Assembly (NCBI RefSeq): GCF_963921235.1
Contig: NC_086097.1
Coordinates: 68,760,001-68,824,000 of the forward strand
Source of the DNA: Mobula hypostoma
Taxonomy: Eukaryota
Length of the DNA stretch: 64,000 nucleotides
Direction of reading: 5' to 3'
Below are positions 37,721 to 51,309 of the stretch, piece by piece. The position numbers were made by a program, and so were the translations under genes. The notes beneath the pieces were generated by a model. That model was not told the origin of the DNA, ran no database searches, and saw only the letters and a list, made by a program, of their open reading frames with translations. Every line of letters begins with the position of its first letter. The stretch's first letter is position 1.

Positions 37721-38825
37721 AAGACCTTTCACTCTAAAGATCATCACTGAGACTCAGACCACAATTTTTCCACTACAACTTGTAATTCTTCTGTACCTTG
37801 CATTCCAATTTATTTGTATACTGAGATCCCAAAAAAAGGCTTCAATGAAGTCAAAAGGCAAAATGGATGAATGCTTGAAGGTAAAATAATTCCAGGGTCT
37901 TCGGAAAGAGCAGCACAATAACCTCCTCCAAAGAGTCAATTGAGACACAGTAGGACAACTAGCTTCATTCCTCATTCTATAGAGGATCTCCTTGCAGTGT
38001 GCCACAGGGAAAGACATTGCCAGAGACCTTCTCAGCTGCCCCAGCTCTTCCCAAATTGAAATATAGATTCTGTTCATTGAGTATGAGCTTCACCAAGGAA
38101 CAACTCCAAGAAAAAATAACTCAACAGCTTTAAACATTTCATATGCCCTTTCTTGACCTCTAAAAACCCCTTGCTTATATTACTGCAACGCTAACATCAT
38201 CCAATAATCTTGATCCAACATATAAAGCAGCCTGTTTGAAGATAACCCATTCTCCATCCTCTACTCTTAAGTATTCTCTCCCTCAAGGGATGATGGACAT
38301 GGTGGCTGCGAAGTAGCAACTCACCAAAGCCTTTCAGGCTCCAACTCCCAGACTTACAACCTTTAGCTTCCAGAACAAGAGCTGCCAAAGTATGTGGACA
38401 CCACAGTCATAAAGGATTCCAAAAAGGAAATCTATTTTTACTCTTTTTTCTTTTTTTCCCTAAGCTAGATTCTTTATCCAACATGGAAAACCTTCACCAC
38501 AAGAACTGGAGCTTTTCAAGATGCCTGCTCTCTACATTCTCAAGCAAAATTAGGGAGGCAATAAGTCCGGCCTTGACAATGAAGTCTGCGATCCGTGCAA
38601 GTTCTTGCTCCTTCCTCCAATTCAACTGTAAGAAGCTGCCTGGAGTGTACTGGAAATTTGTCAAGGCTATGCAAATAGCCCAAGCCAGGAACACACTGTC
38701 TGCTTCAACACCTATCAAAGACCAGCGGGGTCCCAAAGAGAAAAATCACCTTACTGATTATTCAGAACTTTCTTCAGTTAAAATTGGCAAAACCAAAATC
38801 ATTCTATTCCGTTAAAGCATGAAAT

Positions 38826-39120
38826 AATTTGCATTTATATAGCATCTTATTATGTCTTTCAGGATACCCTAAAACACTTCACAACAAATTACTTTGAAAT
38901 GCTATGTATGTGAATGCAGTAACCATTTGCACACACCAAGGTCAAAGAGAACAATGAGATGAATTGATCAGTTAATCTATTTTTTGGTGGTGTTACTTGA
39001 AGAAAGAATATTGGCTTGGACATCTGTTCATCTTCAAATAGTGCTATGGGATCTTAAATGTCCACTTGAATAGGCGCAAGATCTCATTTTAACATTTAAT
39101 CTGCTGAATGCAGCTCAGGC
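38826..39120 (-). mobile_element. Deu-domain SINE (SacSINE1/AmnSINE1-like) remnant
   Basis: Reverse complement contains ggacatttaagatcccatagcactatttgaag (Deu-domain-like core) and ends in gctatataaatgcaa, typical of this superfamily as recalled. Confidence 0.65.
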
Positions 39121-40463
39121 TTAAAAAGGCATGGGAGCTATAAAATGAAAACAGGCACTTGAACCAACCAGTTCTTGTCAGTGTCCATCCACCAGGAGAG
39201 AACAGTTTTAATCACTTTTAATTTGCACATAACCTCAGCATCTTTTCTTCCATTCACTATTCAATCTAATTTTGAATGTTGGCAAAGCTTCTGTCTCAAC
39301 TATTAAGCCCAGAGAGGAATACTATAGCCTCACATTCTTCAAACTCTGTTAAATGTAATTTTGCATGAATAACCCTTCAGTCTTGAACAGTCTTCTATTT
39401 ATTCTGTGCCATCTTTGTGTAATTTTCTATGATTTTGTCATAGTGCTTCATAATTTACATTAAACTGATGATCTTGCGCCTATTCAATTGGATATTTAAG
39501 ATCCCATAGCACAGGTCCTTCTTTATGCTTTCTCCTTGTTAACAACATTATGGGACCATCTTTCAGAGCATTGGCCTGAACTGCTAACTGGCTTTCACTC
39601 CACGGGTATACTTTCAGTTTCTGTTTCAAAACTCCAGTATTCATGCAATATTCTTCTTTCGCAATATTCAAGAAGTGGCCTCATCAAAATTGATTGTAAT
39701 TGCAAAATAAATCTTTACCCCTGCACTCCATTCACTATCCAAGAAAAATCAAGCTATCTTTTGCTCCTTTATAACAAGCCTGCAGACTCATAACTCTCTA
39801 GAATATACTTCCTTCAAAATTGCCTCCTGGAGGGACTTTATTAATTTTACCAGTTCTCGCATTTTGTTGGCCAGAAAGAACTACATTCTATAAATCAGTG
39901 ATTTTGAAAGAATCAAGGACAGTGAAAGTGGACAAACCAGTTGTCTTTGTTCTTCGCATGAGGTCAGAAGAATGGGGGCTGCCATTTTGTGAAGCTGCTC
40001 TGTATCATCCATTTTGTGAACTGGTTTTCCTTGGCTGAATTAATGTTCTAAAGAAGAAGCAATGATGCTCCAGAAAATCTGATGGACCAGAGATAATTTC
40101 CAAATATGAAGTTATTTGGAATGATATAACATGCAGGTTTACGAATGGTGTGGTCTGTGTCTGCCCTGAGTGATTTGAGCTGGTTACTGGTTTGGTAATT
40201 GATTTAGAACAAAAAGCCATAAATTATCAGTTGTCACTTGTGGAAGGAGACAATAAATAGATGTTGGCTTGGACCAAAGCCAATAAGAAGGTGATGTGGG
40301 TCAATCAGTTGACCCACAGCTAACGAAAGTGAAATATGACATTTGAACTTGTAAGGAAAGAATTTGAATGTAATGCAGAAACATCTCTCCAGGGACTAAC
40401 CACTGAGGATATGGAGCATCTCATAGTCATGTGGAGATTAGATCGGGACTCTTTTTCTGGATA

Positions 40464-40952
40464 TTGTGATCATGTTTGCTGTTGTGTGCTGGGGCAGCAG
40501 GCTGAGGGTGACAGACACCAAAAGAATCAACAAACTCATTCGTAAGGCCAGTGATGTTGTGGGGATGGAACTAGACTCTCTGACAATGGTGTCTGAAAAG
40601 AGGATGCTGTCCAAGTTGCATGCCATCTTGGTCAATGTCTCCCATCCACTACATAATGTATTGGGTGGGCACAGGAGTACATTCAGTCAGAGACTCATTC
40701 CACCGAGATGCAGCACAGAGCATCATAGGAAGTCATTCCTGCCTGTGGCCATCAAACTTTACAACTCCTCCCTTGGAGGGTCAGATTCCCTGAGCCATTA
40801 GGCTGGTCCTGGACTTATTTCCTGGCATAATTTACATATTACTATTTAATTATTTATGGTTTTATTACTATTTAATTATTCATGGTACAACTGTAACGAA
40901 AACCAATTTCCCCCGGGATCAATAAAGTATGACTATGACTATGACTATGACT
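40464..40952 (+). mobile_element. Rex1/Babar LINE 3' end (different subfamily, young)
   Basis: ORF 40466-40801 FAVVCWGS..KRINKLIRKAS..SHPLH..RKSFLPVAIKLYN; ends gggatcaataaagt + (ATGACT)4. Confidence 0.9.
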
Positions 40953-42119
40953 GTTCTTGGATGGTCAGGAAAACTTAGTAAGTATGAACAGAGGTACTTG
41001 GTTGTGTAAATTCCCATTCTCTTCAATTGAGACAACAAAGGTACTTGTTGGTAATCACAGATTCTCTCAGTGCCTCTCTGATCATTATTACTAAGGGGTA
41101 GATCCTTGTATCAGTTTCAGCTGTGAGGTGGAATCCTTCCATACAGCTGCTTCTTAGAAATTTTCCTTCTTCAAGAACTGTGATTTCCCCACATCAAGAG
41201 TTTAGAGATCGCCCTACATCAAATCTCATCTGTTTCCTGCTCCTCTACTCTTAGCTCCTTTCCTTCGGGCCAGAGCAAGGATACAGGTCCCCTGGTCTTC
41301 ATCTTGTGCCCAACAGGTTACACATTCAATGAATCAATATTTCTCATTTCTGCCAACTTCAACAAAATCTCCTTTTTACAGATTTCATTTTGGCACAAAG
41401 CAACGTAAACCTATTAAACTCTGAATTCCTGAAGTAATGTTTTACATGAAATAAATGACAATACAAATACCTGATCCAGTTAGAACCTGCCCCAATAAAA
41501 TATTATTAATTTTATAAATAATACTTCGAGTCTTTCTCTTCCTTGCTACATGCACCAATTCCAATTTTAGAGTAACAGCTCTTTCTTTTTTTACCAATAC
41601 TGCTCGACAAGCTGCCAGGAGATTTGCAAAAGATGATTTACCTTGTCTTTCTGTTATGGAGAAACTGAGAGCTTGTTTACCTTCTCCCTTGATGATGTGG
41701 CTTAGATGAGCAACACAAAAGTCCTACTTACAGTCTCTCACTTTAATATTTTATGGTATGAATTCTGTTTTGCCAATACGCTGAAGCAAATGATACTAGG
41801 AGCAGTTTTTAGGTACTTGGTAAGGGATAAAAAGAGGTGTGTTTACATTCCCTTTTTATTTAAAAAAATATAAATGGTAAATTGGTACTAATGGAATAAT
41901 TTTGGATAAAAAGTAGAATCATTTTAATAAGTCACATGTACATAATAAAGTAATAAATAAATTGTTAATTTGTCGTCTTTAATTAGTATAAAACCAGTAA
42001 TACAGTAGGTAATTCTGGAATGACACAGTTATTCAAAGAAATCATCCAGACAGTTGTATAAGTGGCCTACGTTATCGATAAGAATAATTTATTTATCTTA
42101 GCTGAGGGATCAAAAGGGT

Positions 42120-42416
42120 AGGGATGTCTAAAACCAGAGGGCATGGATTTAAGATGAGAGGGAAAAGATTTAAAGTGGACCTGAGGGCATGTTTTTCATT
42201 GTGGATTTTGGAACAAGCTGCCAGTGGAAGAGGGAGAAGCAGGTACAATTACATTTAAAGTAAAAAAACATTTGGATAGGTTACTGGATGGGAAATGTTT
42301 AGAGAAAAATGCACCAAGTGCAGGCAAATCGGACTAGCTGAGAACAGCACCTTGATCAGCATGGACGAATTGGGCCTAAGGGGCTGTTTGTGTGCTGTAT
42401 AATTCTATGACTCTAT
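42120..42416 (+). mobile_element. CR1 LINE extreme 3' end
   Basis: accagagggcatggatttaagatgagagggaaaagatttaaag...tgtgctgtataattctatgactctat. Confidence 0.8.
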
Positions 42417-43582
42417 TGATATATAATTCATGTCTATGGTACCTCCCGCATATTCCTTTTTTATGATATGCTGGCCCCTGTGTGGTGAAATAACCAGCAA
42501 CTTTTGAACCTTTACGTAAAAGATAAAATTTTAATATGCTGTATTTCGTCTTTATAAAGATGGAAAAAATGTTTACTTTTCCTTCGTCTCAATTCCTCTT
42601 TTTCAATTGTCGAGCAATTTTCTTTGATAATTTGGCCAACATATGCAGCATCCTTTTAGCTTTAATCCAAACAATGAGAGACTGGGAAAAGGGAAGAACT
42701 ACAGATGCTGGAATACTAAAGTAAAAACAATAAATCAGGCAGCATCTACAAACAAAAGAAGGAGAAAATGATTCACATCAATGACAACTCTACACAAACT
42801 GAAACTTTAACTCTGATTTGCTCTCCACATTTTCTGCCTGACTTGTTGAGTACTTCTAGCACTTTTTTGTTTTATTATAGAATGCTGTGCTTTAGTTATG
42901 ATTCTTTATCCAACCTATTCAAACTCTCGATCTACAAATCTTTTTACTTGACCTAACATTTGTTTTGCTCTTCATGTAAATGGGTGGGCTTGATAAAATT
43001 TAATACTAAAATTTGCATCCAAAAATACTGCCTGCATAGTGTGTATGACTAGAAAAGAGAGAAATGGGAAGTTCAGCTTTGTACTGGAATGCAGGTACAA
43101 AATAAAATGATAACATTGGCCAACATTCAGAAAGACTAATGGTATCACTTGAATTTTCAATGGTAAATATGCCACAACTGTGATGCATTGGCTGAACTTC
43201 TAAACCTAATGTTCTCATCAGAATATTTTTATTCTTACATGCATGTCTGATGAAAAATTTTAACGCAAACAGTGCCTGGACGATTTGAGATTCTTCTATA
43301 TAATGAATGTTGAGAAAAGCCAGGAAATGGAATTTAACTGATGTAACCCCATTTTCATTTCTGTTTTCATAACAAAAAGTGTATCGGGCAGCTTATCGCG
43401 CAAATAGTTATGCGCAACTTGACAGTGCTCCCTGTAATCCTATCATATTTGTTCTTCTTTACAAGTCTCAGGAATTACTTTTATTTTCCTACTATCTAAC
43501 TTTGATTGCCATAAAGCCCTCAGAAATTCCAGGTGGGTGTATCAAATAAGAGGCATAAAAGAGTCAGCAATAATACTCTTAC

Positions 43583-43807
43583 CTTAAAATGCTGAAGTTT
43601 TTTCTGGGTCTCTGCTGTTCCTTCTTTTTCTTGCAGAAGGCAGGAGTTAAAGATGAAAAGCTCTGTATCTCGCATCCAACCTTTCAATTCTTTGATCCTG
43701 ACCTCCAGCTGCCTCACCAGGCTGCTGCTTTCAGGTGACAGAAGATTGCATGCTCCTGCACCATTTGGTCCCAGTGCTGCATCCTGAGTCTTCTCTCCAA
43801 GTGTTTT
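43583..43807 (-). CDS. AKAP6: AKAP6 internal coding exon, 225 nt, phase 0-0: KTLGEKTQDAALGPNGAGACNLLSPESSSLVRQLEVRIKELKGWMRDTELFIFNSCLLQEKEGTAETQKKLQHFK (spectrin-repeat region)
   Basis: Acceptor ggttgtgtcag|AAA and donor AAG|gtaaga; 75 open codons. LLSPES.SLVRQLEVRIKELKGW.RDTELFIFNSCL is nearly identical to recalled AKAP6 sequence. Confidence 0.96.
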
Positions 43808-46249
43808 CTGACACAACCAAAGGGAAGCATCAATTAGCTTCATGTACTGTCCTTATTTTTAAGGTGACTATTAACAAGTCACTACCTTATTCACATACAT
43901 ACCAGCCGGAAGTGCCACTATCTTTAAAAGTCCAATTAAAATGACATCTAAACCACAGTTCAGACTGCTGCAACAGAGCCATCAAAAACATAGAATACCA
44001 AGAAATTACCAAATAACAAAATGCAATATTAATTCTTTAATTATAATTGTGCTGCAAGTTTAAAAACTATCACAAAGCACACTGAAACCATCAATTAGAT
44101 GGTAATCCCCATAACTAAACTAGCCATTCAAAGCATATTAATCTTTGGCAATATTCTGAGTAATAATAGTTACTGTGTTGGACGATGGATGTGGGAACCA
44201 TGGCATCCAGCCACAATTAAATCATTATATACAAATGATACCAGACTAATCTATTTGAGAAAAATGTTAGGTGAGTAATTCTGGCAATTGAGTTTCTGAG
44301 ATCACATGAATACTAATAATATAAAGCCTCACAGTGGAATCCAGATTTAGCTATTGTTTTCTGCTGTGACAAATTTACCAGCAGCATCAGACTCAATACC
44401 CTGAGAGAGTAGGTTGCAAAAAAAGAATTTATTGCTACTTTTTGTTCAGGAACACTTTGCAATCATAAATTCTTCATAAGCAGAATACTTCTGAGAATGG
44501 TCTGTCTTCATAAATACACGACAGAGCACATCAATTTCATTTAATTCACAATTTGTGGCAGCACAGCAGATGCCATTGCCTTTCTTGATAGGGTTGTTTA
44601 ATATGCAATTGCAATGGAGTAATGTGCAGCACAGGGGACAGAATTTCTTGGATTAAACTCCACGCACCACTGACATTTTATTTTATCATTTTCTGTTGTC
44701 TGACTGTTCATTCTAGATGAAAGCAACATTAGATTCTCTCTCATTTTAGTTTAACTCTTTCTAAAGTATTTTTGTTTCTTATTTATAATGTCAATTCAAA
44801 TTAAATAGCAAAAATGTTGAATACTTTTGTTTTGTGTTTGTAATATAATGCATTACTTTTAGCTATGACAGATACAAGCTGCTAAACATTTACAGCTACA
44901 CAGACTCCTGGTGTAATTTAAACATTATAATAAAAGAAAAGGAATTAAATTCTGTTTCCTTCATATGAGCCAGATACAGCTCAAATTACCAAAGCATGCA
45001 ATTCTCATTTTCATTTTGCTTTCATTATTTTACTGAAGAGCAACTGGAACATTCTGATACATTAGTATAAACTTATAATATTTACTTAATTAAACAGTTT
45101 GTCTAATGTTGTAATAGAAAGGGTAAATGAAAACGGAGTCAATGAGCAAAAAGTCTAATACTGCAGTGTTTTTCCTTTGTGCACAGCAGTGATGTAATGA
45201 CATGTTTGGATACAATCTGAGTATTTGATTATTATTCCTCCCTCTCTTCCTTTTCTTATCCGTCCCTGCTGCCTCCCTATTACAGACTCACATTCAGCCT
45301 AGCGGCCTGGTTAGCATGAACTGCAGAATTTTTGAACCTTCTGTCAGTGTTTAAATTGTAAAACATTGTCCCTTGCAGAACAATGATGTCCACTTTGGAT
45401 TTTCTTGTGTTGTGTTCACAATGATCTATTCATATTTCTAGGCAAGACTAGGAAACTCACTCAAAGGTTATACATCTTTAATTATGGTAAAATTCCATTT
45501 TCTGCGTTTAAATTAGAAAATAATCAGTGTGTTAAGGAGGAAACGAGATAAGCATGGGAAGAATTATAATTAACAATGGGATCTCCTTACTCACAAATCT
45601 ACAAGAATATTCATACTACGTTGATTTTTAGAATATCACATCTGCTGGAAACTTCCAGCACTTCCTGACTTTATTTCAAATTTCCAACATCTGCAACATT
45701 GCGGCCTGATCTACTGAACATCTTCTATGTTTGATCATACAATATTCTTCATTGGATAACCTCACACTTCTGATCAGCTTGTTTTATCTTCTATTATATT
45801 ACAAAACAGTTCAAACACAAGGAAAGACTATGATTTCTTCCAGAAGAAAGTGCAATAAAAGATTTCCAAACTGGACATTGTACAATGTGTCAGGAGCTTA
45901 TTAGCACTTCTTTACATTGTTGTGATTTAAATTGAGTGTGCAGCTCAAACAAATTCCATTCGGAGAAGACATCCCATTGGAATGCAAACATACAAACTAC
46001 TCAGCTGCAAGAATTCTTGGGTGAATTTGAAATGTGGGAACTTGCATTGAATCATTCCTGATGGAAATTTGTAAATAAACTTCATGGTTTGTAAGAAGAT
46101 ACTTGTTAACATCAGTTGTGCACTAAACAAGTTGTAACTAACTTTAGATACCACTGTACTTTTACTTTGAAAATTCTAAAAGCCTAAATTTTCTTAGTTT
46201 TGACGCCTCCCTTGGTGACGATGAGTTGTGCACATATATGAATTCAGAG

Positions 46250-46915
46250 CTGGAGTAGGATGCTCAGTCCCTCAGTCCTGTTCTGCCACTTGATAGCATC
46301 ATGGATGTTCTGATTATAACCTAGACCCCACATTCCCCTCTATACAACCTTGCTATTCAAGAACAGCAATAGCAACAGGCCAGGGGGGCACTCAGATCTG
46401 CTCCACCATGCCTGTTCTTATCCTGGCCTCAACATTCCTTTCTTGCCCACTCCCCCTACTCTCTGACTCCCCTGTAATTCAAGTATCTGTTAACCTTTGC
46501 ATTGAATACATTCAATGCCTCTGCTTTCATAGCTCATTGGTTAAAGAATTCCTAACATGCACAACCATCTGAGAGAAAAATCCATATGTCTCAGTTTTGA
46601 GTAAGTAACCTCTTTTTTCTGAAACAACGTCCCCTGGGTGAAGATAACTACTCTGGGTAAAATGTCCTCACTAATCCATCCTGACAAGCCCTGCGGAATC
46701 TCATATTTTTCAATAAGATCACCTCGCATTCTTCTGAACTCCAATGCACAAACTGCTTAATTTTTCCTCAGAATATATCCCAGGAATCAACCCAGTGATC
46801 TCTCTTCCCACTGCCTCCTATGCAAATATAAAATACTTTAAATATGAAAACTAAAACTGTAACAGTTCTCCAAGTATAGTCTTATCAGATCATTGTAAAG
46901 TTGCATCAAAACTTC
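46250..46915 (-). mobile_element. Old CR1 3' fragments
   Basis: EFRRMRGDLIE.Y motif (46541-46744) and CR1-type 3' UTR pieces. Confidence 0.7.
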
Positions 46916-46919
46916 CATG

Positions 46920-47118
46920 TTCCTTTCCCACCCACCTGGCTTCACCTATCACCTTCCAGCTTGTCCTCCTTCTCCTCCTTCCACCTTTTTATTCTGGCAG
47001 CTTCCCCCTTCATTTCTACTTCTGGTGAAGGGTCTCAGCATGTAATGTCAACTGTTTACTCATTTTTGTAGATGCTTTCTAGCCTGCTGAGTTCCTCCAG
47101 TATTTTATGTGTGTTGCT
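46920..47118 (+). mobile_element. Penelope-like terminal fragment
   Basis: cccacctggcttcacctatcacc...ctggtgaagggtctcagc...gcctgctgagttcctccag. Confidence 0.8.
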
Positions 47119-47321
47119 TCAAGAATTGAGCTACCCCTACCATAAAAAATATTCAAAGAATCTGCTTCTACCATTCATTGAGGGAGAGGATTCCAATGCG
47201 TCATGACTCAAAATGTATTCACCCCTAAAATCCATTGTGAGGGTTGTAGTGTTTGGTTATGCTATGTTCATTCAATGGAACACATCACTTGCCATGCTTG
47301 GGTTGCTAGATAATTTTCATT

Positions 47322-48490
47322 AACAGAAGAGATTCTGCAGATGCAGGAAACCCACAACTAAATGCTGGAAGAACTCAGCAGGCCAGACAGCATCTACAAA
47401 AATGAATAGACAGTCGACATTGCAGGCTGAGACTCTTCATCAGAACTGGAAAGGAAGGAGGAAGACACCAGAATAAAAAGGTGGAGGGAGGGGAAGGAGG
47501 ACACGCTAGATAGTGATAGGTGAATCCAGGTGGATGGGAAAGGTAAAGGGCCGGAGAAGAAAGAATCTAGGAGAGAAGAGTGGATCATAGGAGAAGGGGG
47601 CACCAGGGGAGGTAATGGGCAGGTGAGAAGAAGAAAGAGGCCAGAGTGGGGAAAGGAAGAAGAGGGAAGTGGGAGCGGAAAAGAAAAAAAGGAGAAAAAA
47701 ATACCAGAAGGAGAAATCCATGTTCATGCTTACCAGGTTGGAAGCTATGTAAGTGGAATGAGGTGTTGCTCCTCCACACTGAGAGTGCCTCATTGTGGCA
47801 GAAGAGGAGGCCACATTAGAATGGGAATAGGAATAGGAATTGAAATGCTTAGCCACCGGGAAATTCTGCTTTTGGAACATGGAGCAGAGGTGCTCAACAA
47901 AGTGGTTTCCCCCACCCGTTTACATCAGATCTCATCAGTGTAGAGGAAGTGCATCAGGATCACCAGATACAATAGACAGCCCCAAAAGACTTGCAGGTGA
48001 AGTGTTGCCTCACCTGGAAGGATTGCTTGGGGTCCTGAATGGAGGTGAGTGGAGAGATGAATGGACAGGTGTAGCATTTCTCTTGCTTGCAGGGATATGT
48101 GTCAGGAGGGAGGTTAATAGGGAAGGAGGAAGGAAAGCGAAGAGTTGGGGGGTGGAGTAAAGAGGTGTTCATTGGTAGACTCCTGTTGACGAGGGCAGAA
48201 ATTGCGGAGAATGATGTGTCAGAGGCGGAGATTCATGAGGTGATAGGTGAGGACAAGAAGAATCTGTACCTGTTGGGGCACTGGGAACATGGGGAGAGTG
48301 TGGATATCTGGGAGATGGAGGAGAAGTAGATGAGGGCAGCATCTCTGGTGGAGGAAGGAAAACCTCATCCTGAGCACAGGTGCAGCAGAGATGAAGGCAC
48401 TGAGAAAAGGGAATAGCATTTTTACAGAAGACTAAGTGGGAAGGGGTATAGTCAAGATAGCCATGGCAATTGGTAGGTCTATATAAGGTG
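47322..48490 (-). mobile_element. Penelope-like element 3' part (linker + GIY-YIG + terminus), decayed
   Basis: LPPDTYPCKQEKCYTCP..IQDPKQSFQVRQHFTC; colinear with the 16.9-18.1 kb copy. Confidence 0.9.
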
Positions 48491-48859
48491 TATGTTACTT
48501 ATGGTTAGAGGCTTGCACAGTTACCTAGAGTGCATAGGCCCAGATAAAATTTAAAGCTCATCTACATCTCCTGAGAAGGACATGGAATTCAATTTCTTCT
48601 AGTGGCACATTTTAGTCTTGATATCTTAACTGAAGTACAGATACCACACAAAATTTCTTATTATGGGCCAGTTGTGAGAACTACTCTCTAAAAATCTTGT
48701 GCTTATTTAGCCAATGCTGGGCAACCTCTGCCTCCCCCTCCTTCCTCTTTCAGCCCCTCAGCATTCTGTCTCCAGGAAAGATGCCCACTAATGAACCTAC
48801 ACTGATTTATACTTGTTCAACCACCCGTATTTAAGAAAGTTCCAAGTGGCATTCATCAT

Positions 48860-50520
48860 CGACATAGAGTTGCACAGCACAGCCAACCTTTCGCCCATCT
48901 AACAAAATCCCATTTGTCTACGTTAGATTAGTATCTTCCCTATTCAAGTACCTGTCTAAATGTCTCTTAAGTAAAGTGATTTTACCTGATTCTAAGCTCT
49001 CCTCTAGCAGTGAGTTCCAGGTATCAATTATGCCCTTTGTGAAAACCTTCCCATGTAATCCCTGTTAGAAGTCCTTCCTCTCACTTTAAACATATACAGT
49101 CCTTCCAATCTTCAGATAATTCAAGTTTTCTAATCTTGGTAAGGTCCTGGTAAACTTCCTCTGCACACAACCCAATAAGGATTGTGTGGTAGTCAGAACA
49201 TCAGGCAATATCCATGTGCGTCTAACTAGTGGTTGGTAAGATTGGAACATAATATTCCAACATTTATAAAAGCAAGCATGTCATCTGCCTTCTTCACTAC
49301 CCTACCTGCTCATGTTGCTACTTTCAAGGGACTATGGACTAACTGAATCCTAAGATCTCTCTGTTGATCGATATTCCTTAGCACCCAACCATTTCGTATT
49401 TATGTCCTTACCTTGTTTCACTTTGCAAAATTTATCACCTGGAACTTGTTGGGATTACGTTCCATCTGTCAACTCTCTACCCAACTTTCCACCTAATCTA
49501 TATCTATATCCTGCTACAACTGGACATTTATTAACATCAACACCATCAATTTTTGTAACATCCACAAACTTACTAATCATATCTCGTGCATTCACATAGA
49601 AGTCACCAATAAAGTCACAAACAGGTGTTCCATTGATCACTGTCGTACACCAGTGATCACAATCCAAGTTGGAAAAGCATCTTTCCACAACTGTCCTCTG
49701 CCTCCTATTACAAAATCGGTTTTGGATCCAATAAGCTAGCTCATTTTGGATCCCTTGTGCCTTAAACTTCTGAACCAATGTAGCATGTGGGTCCTTGTTC
49801 AATGCTTTACTAAAGTTCATAGAGGCAACATCTATCATAGCCTTCATTCATCTTCTAAGCTATCACCTCAAAATTTAATCTAAGTAGTTGAAGAGGATTT
49901 CTTCTGCATAAAGCCACACTGACTATCCCTGATCAATTCCCAATCTTTTCATTGGACAAATTGAATCCTAAGATCCCTCTGTTGTCAATATTCCTTAGTG
50001 CCCAATCGTTTAGTATTTATGTCCTTACCTTATTTCACTTTGCAAAATTTATCACCTAGTACTTGTTAGGATTACGTTCCATTTGTACATAAATCCTATC
50101 TCTTGGCATCTTATCTAATAATTTTCTTATCACTGGCATAAGGCTCATTGGTCTGTAATTATCTGGCTTATCTCTACTGTCTTTCTTAAATAAAGGAGCA
50201 ACATTAAATATCCTCTAGTCTTCTAGCCACTCCTTTGTGGCTAATGAAGCTGCAACAATCTCCATCAGAGCCCCAGCTAGCTCCTCTCTTGCTTCTCAAG
50301 CAGATTTTGTTAGATCTCAACCAGGGATTTATGAACCTTTATGCATCCATTGTAAATGAACTTACTATCTTCCATGACCTTCTCCTTGGTAAGCAGAAAT
50401 GAGAAGTATTCATTTAGGACCTTGCCCAAATTACCTGACTCCGCACATAGATTTCAAACTGGGTCCCAAAGGGGACCCTCTCAATCCCTAGCTACTTTCT
50501 TGATCCCAGTATACTTAATG
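48860..50520 (-). mobile_element. Old CR1 RT region, decayed
   Basis: DV..MNFSKA.NKDPH..LVQK..AQGIQ..WIQN fragment (49455-49847) and flanking CR1 pieces. Confidence 0.8.
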
Positions 50521-51309
50521 GCATGTCCAAGTATCCAATAATGCCTGAACAATGTACAACACATCTGGCATCAGTTGAACTTACAGACACCAAAGGCATT
50601 ATTTTGGATACGTTTTGCTACATTATGCTGTTATTTCACCTTAGTTACTTGTTTTGGCTAACTAGATTTCTCATGCCATTCAAAGGCCTGCTTTCTTAAA
50701 ATCTATATGAACCTGCAGAACCATATATATTAATATGTCTTACGGTATAGTTTTGACATTGATTCCTTGGCTGGTTTGTACTCATTTGCAGAAGGATATA
50801 GTTTTGGACTCATGTCAGCCAAATCAAGTAACTAGGATGAAGCAACACCATAATGCAAAGCTGTGTATCAGTGGCTATATTAACTAATACATCTAATTAG
50901 TTAGATTTACTAATTTAACTAATAATATTAAAAAATTGCTAGCATTATTGTCAGGGAGCCTGCTAAAATTGGCTAAGACGATTTGTCTATCAAATGCATC
51001 ACTTGCCACTGGGAACCTTAATAATCAGTGTTGGTCTTTATAATTTGGGTGAGAAAACTCAATGGTGCAGATGCCAGTTAGGGCCAATGGAAGAGATTGG
51101 TTCACATGCCAAAGAAACAGCTGTGTTTCTAAAAATATATTTAATAAAGCAGAGCAATTTTGTACCTATTTGCAGGAGCCCTTAGTCTCCTCAATCTTTG
51201 ATGGGATTTCTGTTCTCTCAGACACGTCTCCTCTGTTGTATACCCAAAAATAATATCAGTAGTGCAACAACAAAATTTATCTGCAGGGAGACTTTCAACA
51301 TCACTGGTC

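Noticed and set aside
38494..38736. 80-aa minus-strand ORF with a possible acceptor (ctttgatag|GTG) inside the AKAP6 intron
   Set aside because: The flanking exons already join seamlessly as in known AKAP6 (..LQHFK|SLC..); no recognisable homology and no convincing donor.
41641..41702. Exon-like stretch with minus-strand donor AAG|gtaaat
   Set aside because: Weak acceptor, phase incompatible with the phase-0 neighbours, no AKAP6 similarity.
43396..43418. Small inverted repeat GCGCA-N8-TGCGC near the 225-nt exon
   Set aside because: Five-bp arms are expected by chance.
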